From: a virus
Lineage: Duplodnaviria; Caudoviricetes
Virus record (IMG/VR): IMGVR_UViG_3300031565_000046
Location: 1 to 52,953 of that record
Strand: one strand, 5' to 3'
DNA: 52,953 nucleotides
The translations under genes were made by a program, and so were the position numbers. Below, piece after piece: positions 10,023 to 18,532 of this stretch. Under the pieces are notes generated by a model. The model made no database searches and was not told the DNA's origin. It worked only from the letters and a program-made list of their open reading frames with translations. The stretch's first letter is position 1. Each line of letters starts with the position of its first letter.

Positions 10023-10461
10023 CTGAGTTTGTAGTACGTTGACGTGAATAACCTAAATCAATGGCAGCTTCCGTATTAACCGTCACCCAATCATGACAGG
10101 GTCTACAAGCAGCTCTCCACCATTCCTCTTTGAGGAGTAGGTCATTCTCTTTACCGCCTTCGTGATGTACGTCATGTGTTTTATGCGTACATACACCGGG
10201 TATACCGATTTGACATAATGGGTTATTCTCTTTAAAGACCCTAGCCCGTTTATTATATTCTGTTTCTTGTTTTTGACGTTTGGGAGAGCGGGACGGAATT
10301 GGCTTAGGTATCTTGGTTGGCTTGTCTTCTTTTGGCTGATTTACATCATACAATTTAGAACACCAAGTACATAGCTTCTTCCGCACCCCATCTTCAGTAA
10401 CATTTTTAAAAATGTACTGTTGCTCTCCGCACCCATCACAAAGCTTTTTTTTCTTCTGCAT
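10006..10461 (-). CDS. HNH-type nuclease with N-terminal zinc ribbon
   Basis: CDGC...CTWC; CQI...C...DVHH...ACRPCHDWV. Confidence 0.7.
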   Translation of the reverse strand: MQKKKKLCDGCGEQQYIFKNVTEDGVRKKLCTWCSKLYDVNQPKEDKPTKIPKPIPSRSPKRQKQETEYNKRARVFKENNPLCQIGIPGVCTHKTHDVHHEGGKENDLLLKEEWWRAACRPCHDWVTVNTEAAIDLGYSRQRTTNSDDHGN

Positions 10462-10970
10462 CAGCGTGCGTTTATCTGGTGAAAATTCTTTGGTAGTACA
10501 TTGACTTCAATCAGCAGGTCTATTACGTGCTCTTTCTTTATCCCGAAGTCACTGAAGGAAAATTTATTTCCTAGCTTTGGGTCAATGAAAGGATTATCAA
10601 GTATATCTTTAGCCAATGCACTATTAGGGAATAAGCTAAAGAAATAATTAGACTGTTTGATGACTAATTGTTGCTTAAGTTTATTTAATTCCTTTCTGGT
10701 ACGATTATGTAAGCTTATTACTTTGCTTTTTTCTTTAGGTGTAAGCTCTTTAAGTTCTTGCTTATTATAAATCCCTAAGCCAAATAAGGCGCGTTTATAT
10801 AAGAAGTTTTGTACTTGATTGTAGTTCTGCCCTGTGTATTCTTGCTTTTCAACAAAGTATCTTTTCTTTTTGTTAAGATCTCCATAGAGTTTGTAATCTA
10901 GGAGTTTTCCATTAGAATATACTATTTCTGAGTGGCTACGTAGCAGCATTACTTTCTGTTCATTTGTCAT
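10461..10970 (-). CDS. hypothetical protein
   Basis: Packed ORF. Confidence 0.65.
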   Translation of the reverse strand: MTNEQKVMLLRSHSEIVYSNGKLLDYKLYGDLNKKKRYFVEKQEYTGQNYNQVQNFLYKRALFGLGIYNKQELKELTPKEKSKVISLHNRTRKELNKLKQQLVIKQSNYFFSLFPNSALAKDILDNPFIDPKLGNKFSFSDFGIKKEHVIDLLIEVNVLPKNFHQINAR

Positions 10971-11076
10971 GGTATAGAGTTTTTTATGTGATAGGTTAAA
11001 ATATCTGTCTTGTGTTTAAAAAAAAGAGACGGGATGTGAGCTATATAACTCACACCACATCTCTATTAGTATTTGA

Positions 11077-11553
11077 CTATAAGTTGAAGTCATCATTTGG
11101 CTTCACTACACCTTCTTCTTCTTTAAGTTCAGCGTAAGCTTGACTGATTTCTGCATCATTGTCATGCTCTTGCATAGAATCTTCTAAAGAAGCTTTAGGA
11201 GTCCAGAAGTGTTTTCTGTAGATTGGTTTACCATCGAAGGTACACACTATTCCACTTTTACCAGCAATTTTAATATCTCTGTCTGGTTCTTTTTTGTTAA
11301 AAGGATGGAACTGTTCTACGATACGGATTTTACCTTCAATTTCTTGTTGGTCAGTCCAACCGAAGCCTTTAAGTTCTTTAATGATTCCTGGAATTAATGC
11401 TGAAATCTTTTTCATTTTAGCAAATCCTGTTGTATCATCTACAACCATTCTTACTTGTTCAACACGGATGTGGCCATATTCTTCATTATTGCCACTCTTT
11501 ACGATTACGTGACCATCTTTGTTTGCGGTCACTTTAACTTTTGAATCACTCAT
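11077..11553 (-). CDS. putative single-stranded DNA-binding (OB-fold) protein
   Basis: Beta-rich 158 aa with acidic tail ending DDFNL; own terminator; inference. Confidence 0.45.
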   Translation of the reverse strand: MSDSKVKVTANKDGHVIVKSGNNEEYGHIRVEQVRMVVDDTTGFAKMKKISALIPGIIKELKGFGWTDQQEIEGKIRIVEQFHPFNKKEPDRDIKIAGKSGIVCTFDGKPIYRKHFWTPKASLEDSMQEHDNDAEISQAYAELKEEEGVVKPNDDFNL

Positions 11554-11796
11554 CTTGATTTGATTTTAGAGTTGGTATTTGAGCCATTTGGATTAAATCT
11601 AAGGAGGCTCTTACACTTAGATTATGTGATAACAGTAGAGGTTGCAACATATAGAGACAGTGATCCTCACCGTATGTTTCACCGTTATTGTTGGCAGTCC
11701 TTCCTATACTCTACTGTTATAGGTTAATATTATTTGGTAGTAAGAGGATTATTACTTGTCTCACAAAGCAGCTTCATCACCCAAACATTCCTGACG

Positions 11797-11810
11797 AGAG
11801 GGGGTTGGGG
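11797..11810 (-). promoter_or_regulatory. CCMCAACCCYYTCT motif, copy 1
   Basis: agagggggttgggg on + strand; one of six copies. Confidence 0.5.
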
Positions 11811-12285
11811 ATGTCTCCCATAAGACGACAACGAATTAGGCTAGTATTTAGTGTAGCAAAATATATTCAATACTAATTAAGGATGTTATCAACCACGTCT
11901 GGAAACCTTTTACAGTTTGACCCTAGTATCCACCTGAATTGTTGTCTAGCCCAATAGTTCACCGGCTAACGGTTATGTGTATACCTTGCTACCAGCCCCA
12001 GCATATAGGGGAATTGCTGCATACCTCATTAGTTATTGGAGTAAGATAACTCCGATTTCGGTTTTATTAATGCTGGCTTCAATTATTGACAATATGATGA
12101 GGTTAGTGAGGCACGCCATACAGCCCCTCTATTACTAAGTGATTTTTGGCCTACTTATACCTCAATGTTATTGTAGCCTGTCTGTATCCATAGGCAGTGC
12201 CCTACATCAAAACAAGCCGTGCTTGAATCTAGAAGTGATGACTATTTGCTCAGACATGGTATTACTGGTTAACTCTTCATACCGG

Positions 12286-12705
12286 CTACAATGCTTTAAA
12301 TTCCTGCATCTTACATTTATCAGGATTATTCTTATAGAACTGTTGGTCAAATTCTCTACCTAACTCATCAATACATTGCAGCCTAGACCAAACGGAATAG
12401 AGTGCGCTATTTGAATCATCTAAGTATCTTCCGATCCAATACTCTCCTGGTACATTTTCATCACTCTCAGCCTTGTTAAAGCCTTGTTGTGTTAAAGCTA
12501 ATTGATAAAAACTTGCTTTGATTTTCTTTACTACTGCTGGATCATGTTGTACATAACCAGCACCGTTCATGATTTCATCAGATCTTTCACCGAGAGCTCT
12601 AATTATTTCTTTGACACGTCCCATTAGGGTTTCGTGCACAGACGCTTCTTCTTCTGTATTCCAGATGCGCCCATCTGTTGTTTTATATTTAGTTACTTTT
12701 TCCAT
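12286..12705 (-). CDS. hypothetical phage protein
   Basis: ORF starting with YKTTDGRIW.TEEEA..HE motif. Confidence 0.65.
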   Translation of the reverse strand: MEKVTKYKTTDGRIWNTEEEASVHETLMGRVKEIIRALGERSDEIMNGAGYVQHDPAVVKKIKASFYQLALTQQGFNKAESDENVPGEYWIGRYLDDSNSALYSVWSRLQCIDELGREFDQQFYKNNPDKCKMQEFKAL

Positions 12706-12943
12706 GCGATTGGGTTTAAATAAATAATAGTTAAGGTGTCACGGACTGAACCCTATGTACTGCCACCGTGTGTTTTAACTGCTGGTTGTACCAAGATATT
12801 TCACTGAAGTATTTACAAGAAATTCACTTAGTTACGTATCACATAGGGTAGTCACTACAGACCTTATATAAAAATCCCCGCTTCACACTCATCACGGGGA
12901 GACATCATTTGCAGTGTACCACAAAGGGCTGATGACATTACTT

Positions 12944-13222
12944 TTATTCAAATGTATCTTGATCAGGTAGATTGTCTAAGTCAACTGGATAGTCAACTTC
13001 AATTTCTTCAGACTCAACTTGATAATCTAATGAATTATCATGTGGCTCATAATCTTCTTCACGAGCACTTCTTGGTTGTTTCATTGCTGTACCATGAAAT
13101 GGGTTATTGGGGGAGCTGCCGATTCCTGTACTGATTAGATACTGTATATCTTCTTCTGTTAAGCTTAGATATGTCTCTAAGGACATATAAACTATCTTAC
13201 CGGTTGGCAGTTGATAAATCAT
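12944..13222 (-). CDS. acidic hypothetical protein
   Basis: MIYQLPTGKIVYMSLE.YL; TATATTTG promoter element at 13245-13252. Confidence 0.65.
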   Translation of the reverse strand: MIYQLPTGKIVYMSLETYLSLTEEDIQYLISTGIGSSPNNPFHGTAMKQPRSAREEDYEPHDNSLDYQVESEEIEVDYPVDLDNLPDQDTFE

Positions 13223-13288
13223 AGACTTGTTAAAATTCCCTCAACAAATATATTAAAAATTAATTTGCAGAGGGAACTTAAACATTAA

Positions 13289-14572
13289 TTATTTACCAAA
13301 GAGTATCTTTTTAAAGTTAGAAGATCTAAGTATAATCTTAACTAAGCGCTTCAATAAATGATACATATTTGAACTTTGGCTATGCATAATTCCTATGACA
13401 ACAACTGCCTCAAGATCCTTATCCGATAATATATCTAATTCAGTATTAAATACTAATCCTGTTGAGCTTGGTACTATTTCAAACTCTTTATCAATGGCAG
13501 CTCCTATTACAAAGGGAGCGTCACATTTATATTTTCTCATCAATCTTTTGAGAGCTTTATTAAGAAAATCATTCTGAACTTCTTTATATGCTAATTCAGT
13601 TTCGTTATATCCATTCCCATCACCGCCATACCAACCTGTTCTATCGTTTCTTATCTTGATTTTTTCACAAGGTAATCCACAGCTTTCTAGGATATCATAT
13701 AGTCTTTGGGGAACACGAACAACCTTTCCTTTAGCTTGCTTAGTTGATTCCGGATGAAGAAATACATAACCCTGAAAGATCTTTTTGACCTGTTCAGCAT
13801 CATGGTTGTATCCAAACTCAATGATTTCTTTCTCAATGAATTTAGTATCTTGTAACGAGTTATACATTTCAAGATACATTTGTACCACTTTCTGGTTTGA
13901 ATTCAGAATAGCTTTACCTATATCAGAATAACAATAACCTCTATATTGCCTTAACTCATTAAGATCACATTGCTTCAAATCATAAATAAAGTATGAGTTG
14001 TGATATCCTGTATTATCAACTAATACATGGTTCTTATATAATCTCATCTTTGTTGCAGGATTCTTATAGATAGCAACCTTATCATCTTCATATAATGGTT
14101 TCATATCAATAAAATATTGATCCCACGCATCTACTACTTTCTGGATATCTTCGGTAACCTCAATATAAAAAGTTGTGCAATTCTCCTTACCGCAAATGCG
14201 GGAACGACTATCAACAACTTTCTTTATAGCACCTTCTTCATCAATAGCATTACACCATATTTCACGCAGGATCTCCCAAGCATTCCACTGGTATCCATAT
14301 TGAGTAGTGATGTTCATTGATTGTTCATTGCAGAAGATCTCTTGCATAGTGTTTCCACCTGCAATTATTTCTTTGATGTTAAATTTAATTTCTTCTTCAC
14401 CTACAAATATTCTGAACTGATTACCTGTTCTTAATAGGTAGCTAAGTGCATACTTTAATCCTGTACCAAACTGACCGATCTTAGCATGGTCATTTGTTTT
14501 AGTACTGGCTCCGATTAACTTCATCAAAGTGAGGTCAAGCAAGCCATTATTTCTTATTAATAAGTGTTTCAT
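13289..14572 (-). CDS. GHKL (Hsp90/MORC-like) ATPase domain protein
   Basis: IGQFGTGLKYA G-box and LREIWCNAIDE N-box, in reversed order. Confidence 0.65.
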   Translation of the reverse strand: MKHLLIRNNGLLDLTLMKLIGASTKTNDHAKIGQFGTGLKYALSYLLRTGNQFRIFVGEEEIKFNIKEIIAGGNTMQEIFCNEQSMNITTQYGYQWNAWEILREIWCNAIDEEGAIKKVVDSRSRICGKENCTTFYIEVTEDIQKVVDAWDQYFIDMKPLYEDDKVAIYKNPATKMRLYKNHVLVDNTGYHNSYFIYDLKQCDLNELRQYRGYCYSDIGKAILNSNQKVVQMYLEMYNSLQDTKFIEKEIIEFGYNHDAEQVKKIFQGYVFLHPESTKQAKGKVVRVPQRLYDILESCGLPCEKIKIRNDRTGWYGGDGNGYNETELAYKEVQNDFLNKALKRLMRKYKCDAPFVIGAAIDKEFEIVPSSTGLVFNTELDILSDKDLEAVVVIGIMHSQSSNMYHLLKRLVKIILRSSNFKKILFGK

Positions 14573-14587
14573 GGTATCTGAATTAAA

Positions 14588-14622
14588 TAAAAACAGTGAT
14601 GACTGATTTAGCCATCACTGTT
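14588..14622 (-). terminator. intrinsic terminator
   Basis: aacagtgatg...catcactgtt hairpin with U-run on the minus strand. Confidence 0.6.
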
Positions 14623-14632
14623 AAAAAATTGA

Positions 14633-15016
14633 TTAGTCCTGTTTGTATAGCAGGGTTAAGTTATAGTCATCTTGTGTCTCACTATAGCATAGTTGTGCGG
14701 CATCTTCTGTTTTAAAATCTATATCTACTTCCATTAAGCCTGGGTTGTCTGCAGTCACAAAAAGTTCTTTGACTACACCATCCTTCATAAACTTAATCAC
14801 ATACTCTTTACCAAGTTTTAGCTTGATTCTGTATGAGAAAGTACTAGATTTTGTCTGTACTACAACTCGGCTGGCATCATCATTGACGATGGCAACTTCA
14901 AATTTAACATTAGATTCAGAGATAAAGAAACCAGACAGTTTCAACTCTTCTTCTTTTTTACAATATGAGGTCATAGCTATCGCTAGACACATCATCATTA
15001 AGATAATCTTTTTCAT
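14633..15016 (-). CDS. secreted or lipoprotein-like beta-sandwich protein
   Basis: Signal peptide MKKIILMMMCLAIAMTSYC. Confidence 0.6.
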   Translation of the reverse strand: MKKIILMMMCLAIAMTSYCKKEEELKLSGFFISESNVKFEVAIVNDDASRVVVQTKSSTFSYRIKLKLGKEYVIKFMKDGVVKELFVTADNPGLMEVDIDFKTEDAAQLCYSETQDDYNLTLLYKQD

Positions 15017-15084
15017 TTTGATTTGATTTTTGGTTTATACTAATTGACTTGATATGTGAGCGTCCGATATACGGAACGGAATTT

Positions 15085-15924
15085 TTATTTGGGTTTAGAT
15101 TGACAGCATTTCTTATACTTCTTTCCAGAACCACAAATACATGGATCATTACGACCCGGTTCTTTACTATGTTCGATGCCACCAGCACTTGTTACAACTA
15201 CTTCATCAATACCTAACAGATGATTGATCTCATGTTGCCAAATCTGAGCTTCAAATCCCTCAGCGATAACTTCATGCTCTTTACCTGTTTCATCATAATA
15301 CTGTACAGTAACTGAGTAATGTCTATCAGCAACTACTACTTTACCGGGCCAAGTGAGACAATATTCTTTCTTCTCACTTAATAGTCCGTTTGTATCTATG
15401 ATAATAGGGTTTAGTATTAAAGACCACTCACCAGTTTCCCGATTCTTTTTAGCAAAGGCTGGTAACATAAAGCGATTAAGTTTATTGAATGTGCCATTAG
15501 GAAACTTATCCCAGATACCAACTTGATTAGCTGCTAAACCTATCCCTGTGGGATATGATTTGCTTGCGTGCAGTAAGAAATCCCGGAGAATCTCTTTATG
15601 ACCAAGTAACTCTTCAATATCCATTTGAGGTACCATAGGTGTTTGCTCACCTGTCATGATTGCCCATTCATTCTTACATTGTTCCAAATTACCTACTGGT
15701 TTTGGTCCATCATATTCTTGGATCATATCACTAACATTAACTTTGGGCGTAACGCTACCTTGTTTAGTAATGGTAATACCTCTTTCTTTTTCTTTTGGCT
15801 CTAGTCCTATTGGTTGTATGTGATGTTTACTAGTTGCTGCTACGATAGCTGCTGTTAATGTTGTTTTTCCGTGGTCAATGTGACCAATTGTGCCAATATT
15901 AGGCACTTTCTTTTTTTCAGCCAT
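15085..15924 (-). CDS. def: peptide deformylase with N-terminal EF-Tu-like segment and C-terminal SEC-C motif
   Basis: [22 protein letters not shown] motifs; [19 protein letters not shown]...EKERGITI; [18 protein letters not shown]. Confidence 0.85.
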   Translation of the reverse strand: MAEKKKVPNIGTIGHIDHGKTTLTAAIVAATSKHHIQPIGLEPKEKERGITITKQGSVTPKVNVSDMIQEYDGPKPVGNLEQCKNEWAIMTGEQTPMVPQMDIEELLGHKEILRDFLLHASKSYPTGIGLAANQVGIWDKFPNGTFNKLNRFMLPAFAKKNRETGEWSLILNPIIIDTNGLLSEKKEYCLTWPGKVVVADRHYSVTVQYYDETGKEHEVIAEGFEAQIWQHEINHLLGIDEVVVTSAGGIEHSKEPGRNDPCICGSGKKYKKCCQSKPK

Positions 15925-15935
15925 GGTAGTTAATT

Positions 15936-16229
15936 TTAGATTAATAGTTCGTGAATATTCACAGTGACAAAGCCACTTAAGATTTTGTTTAATGGTGGTC
16001 CGATTATACCGCCTTCCATTAAGATATCAGTAATGCCCTCATTCTCTGAGTAATTTTTGATAATAACTTGGTTTGGTTCTAAATGAACATCTGGAAAGTT
16101 AACCGTAGCTACTAGTATTAATTCACCAGTATCAACATCCATTAATTGTAATGCTGTTCTACCGTTATTATACTGAGCTAACTTTATCTCACCTGTCCAA
16201 TGTTTGAATTGAAATTGTTTTGGTTTCAT
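15936..16229 (-). CDS. hypothetical phage protein (DUF4313-like)
   Basis: [10 protein letters not shown]...ATVN...IKNYSENEG...SGFV. Confidence 0.6.
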   Translation of the reverse strand: MKPKQFQFKHWTGEIKLAQYNNGRTALQLMDVDTGELILVATVNFPDVHLEPNQVIIKNYSENEGITDILMEGGIIGPPLNKILSGFVTVNIHELLI

Positions 16230-16249
16230 GGTAATGAAAGTTTAGTGAA

Positions 16250-16570
16250 TAAAAAAGAGGGCACTGACGTAGCCCTCAAGTCTCGTTAAAGATGGTCTGC
16301 TTATGCAGCCATTGCGTGCGCTCTTGGAGCTAACGCTTCTTCAATTAGGCTTATTACGGCAGCCTCTGCCTTTTGTTCGTCAATTAGACGACATGTATCA
16401 TTAGTGGTTCCATCATCTTACTAGTCTGTCAAAATCAAGTACGCCCCCATATTTTTTAAGAGATTGGCTTTATCCACAAGGGAGCCCTTATCTTGCTAAC
16501 AGGTATTCTAGTGGAGGCGGAGGGAGTCAAACCCTCGTCCAAACGTTGGATTGTTACTAATGGCTAACAA
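16250..16570 (-). ncRNA. ssrA: circularly permuted (two-piece) tmRNA
   Basis: 3' tRNA-like end GGAC-GAGGG-TTTGACT-CCCTC-CGCCTCC-A (16540-16512) lies upstream of 5' end GGGGGCG-TACTTGATTTTGAC (from 16448); G3.U70 pair; tag frame ending AHAMAA-TAA at 16301; terminator 16250-16277. Confidence 0.9.
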
Positions 16571-16588
16571 TACAATATTGTAAAAATA

Positions 16589-17233
16589 CTATAAATTTTC
16601 TTCAATCCATTTGTCAATATCAAAATCATACTCAAAGTTTCTAGCACACTTACCGCCTTCTATGAATATCTTTCTAAACATTGATTTTAATACTTCTCTA
16701 CTATACATCTTCTCTTTAGGTAAATGAATGATTACTTCATTGGATTCTGTTGTTTTGAGTTGTAATATTCTATCTAAAATACTAATTTTTCCATTTGTAT
16801 AATATTTACACTCTAACTCAACTTCAGTAATAGGATTACCTTCATTGTATGCTTTAACAAAGATTGGTAAGAATGATTTGGGGATTAGTTTAATCCCTGT
16901 TGGTCTTGTCTTAGGGAAAGGAACAGTATCATCGTGTTCTTTAGTTAAAGACTTATCTGTTGTAGCTATTACTTTTTTAATCTGATGTTTTCGTAAATCT
17001 CCAGTTTTCAAAGCATTTATTATCCATTTATCAGCCTGAAATAAATCCCAACCATCTCTAATACACCAATCACCTTCTTTAATCTCTTCATCTGATAAAA
17101 TATAGAGGTGTTGACATTGTGCTATTCCTCCGCCTGTTTGTTCTTTATGATAATAAAATAAAGTACCGTCATCACATGCTATAAGATTGCTTTTTTCTGT
17201 AGGTAGCATCACTATTGGGTGTAACTTTTTCAT
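16589..17233 (-). CDS. conserved Bacteroidota phage protein
   Basis: HLYILSDEEIKEGDW...KKVIATTDKSL motif pattern. Confidence 0.7.
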   Translation of the reverse strand: MKKLHPIVMLPTEKSNLIACDDGTLFYYHKEQTGGGIAQCQHLYILSDEEIKEGDWCIRDGWDLFQADKWIINALKTGDLRKHQIKKVIATTDKSLTKEHDDTVPFPKTRPTGIKLIPKSFLPIFVKAYNEGNPITEVELECKYYTNGKISILDRILQLKTTESNEVIIHLPKEKMYSREVLKSMFRKIFIEGGKCARNFEYDFDIDKWIEENL

Positions 17234-17264
17234 GGCTTTTGAGTTTTAGTTAATATTTATTATG

Positions 17265-17339
17265 AACTACATGCGGGACTCGAACCCGCGACTGCTCCCG
17301 TATTAAGGGGAGTCATCTAGCCGACTGATGTAATGTAGT
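17265..17339 (-). tRNA. atypical tRNA with 8-nt anticodon loop (CUUAAUAC), identity undetermined
   Basis: Acceptor ACTACAT/ATGTAGT, D stem CATC/GATG, anticodon stem CTCCC/GGGAG, T arm GCGGG-TTCGAGT-CCCGC. Confidence 0.8.
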
Positions 17340-17451
17340 TATTCCACCTTTTTAACCCTCTTCTGGTGATAGGTTCACCGCGATTCCTCAAGGGATTTGG
17401 GGCAGTCCTATCCGCTTACTCCTGCCATCTCTATACACGGAGAGATATATC

Positions 17452-17625
17452 TTAATTGAAAGTTAGAGTACTATGCTCTACTTTCTCACCAGTACGTGTT
17501 TCTACTTGAACATCGGTATCTTCATCTCTTCTAGTTACTGCGATATCTGCATTAGGAGTTGAACAAGTTTTACCATCTTTCTTGTAGTTGTACATTGTTG
17601 TTGTGCGTTCTGTATTATCGTACAT
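17452..17625 (-). CDS. small hypothetical protein (57 aa)
   Basis: Own translation MYDNTERTTTMYNYKKDGKTCSTPN...TFN; TATCTTTG promoter element at 17649-17656. Confidence 0.6.
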   Translation of the reverse strand: MYDNTERTTTMYNYKKDGKTCSTPNADIAVTRRDEDTDVQVETRTGEKVEHSTLTFN

Positions 17626-17677
17626 TTTAAATTGGTTTTAATGAGCAGCAAAGATAATAATCCTTGCTGCATCATGA

Positions 17678-18499
17678 TTAATCTAATTTTAATTTATTTT
17701 GGAAAGTTACCTTATCTGAATCATCATCATCCATATTTCCTCCTTTAATGAAATACTGGTTGATTAAAGTATTAATCATTCTAGCACCAAGAGTATTATT
17801 CTCATAGTTCTTTTCAATGATTGCTTTTAACTTATATTCTACAGTCTCCTTGTCAACATCTTCAAACAACTCTAAATAAGTGTTTAACAATGCTGACCTA
17901 TCAAGGATAGAATACAAATCATTCAAACTAAGACGATTAGTATTGTATACTAAACCTACTCTACCCAAGAATTCTGTCTTTAGCCCAAGTTCTCTAAGCC
18001 TATCTAAGGTGATATTCTCTTCACCATTGAATGCTCCGGCAAATACAAATAATACATTTTTAGTAGACGCATTGATGTACTTACCGTAATCTCCAAATAC
18101 AGCTGTTTCATCAGCTTCTAAGACTTTTAAGAATTCATTTTGAACTCCGTTAGTTGTCTCATGTGCATGATCACTGTTGGAATTACCAGAGATAAATAAC
18201 TTATCAAACTCATCCACGAATACTACTGTTTGCCTATTTCCGGCTTGTAGTAAAGGAGACAATGCTTTGCTTAAGCTATTGCCGGATGTTCCTTCTTTTG
18301 TTAATTGGGCAGCATTGATTTCAAAATAATGCAGGCCTAATAATTTACAGATTTCATTTATAGTAAAGGTTTTACCTGATCCACTAGGACCTGTTAAAAC
18401 AAAATGAGGTCTGATTGCACCTTCACTATTCTTAAAGATTGTAAAGATTTTGTTCATTTCTTTGACAAGTAGATCTTGTCCTACAATTTGGGTTTTCAT
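17678..18499 (-). CDS. ClpX/HslU-like AAA+ ATPase (truncated)
   Basis: LTGPSGSGKT, VFVDEFDKL, GVQNEFLKVLE, FVFAGAF, EFLGR, LGARMI. Confidence 0.8.
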   Translation of the reverse strand: MKTQIVGQDLLVKEMNKIFTIFKNSEGAIRPHFVLTGPSGSGKTFTINEICKLLGLHYFEINAAQLTKEGTSGNSLSKALSPLLQAGNRQTVVFVDEFDKLFISGNSNSDHAHETTNGVQNEFLKVLEADETAVFGDYGKYINASTKNVLFVFAGAFNGEENITLDRLRELGLKTEFLGRVGLVYNTNRLSLNDLYSILDRSALLNTYLELFEDVDKETVEYKLKAIIEKNYENNTLGARMINTLINQYFIKGGNMDDDDSDKVTFQNKLKLD

Positions 18500-18532
18500 A
18501 AGATTTGGTTTTAGACTTGGTTAATGACTTGA

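Noticed and set aside
12925-12945. Hammerhead ribozyme from CTGATGA
   Set aside because: No properly placed GAAA core or supporting stems
15085-15924. Functional EF-Tu (tuf) gene
   Set aside because: Only G1 and switch I motifs are present; no DxxG, NKxD or domains II/III; the remainder is a deformylase
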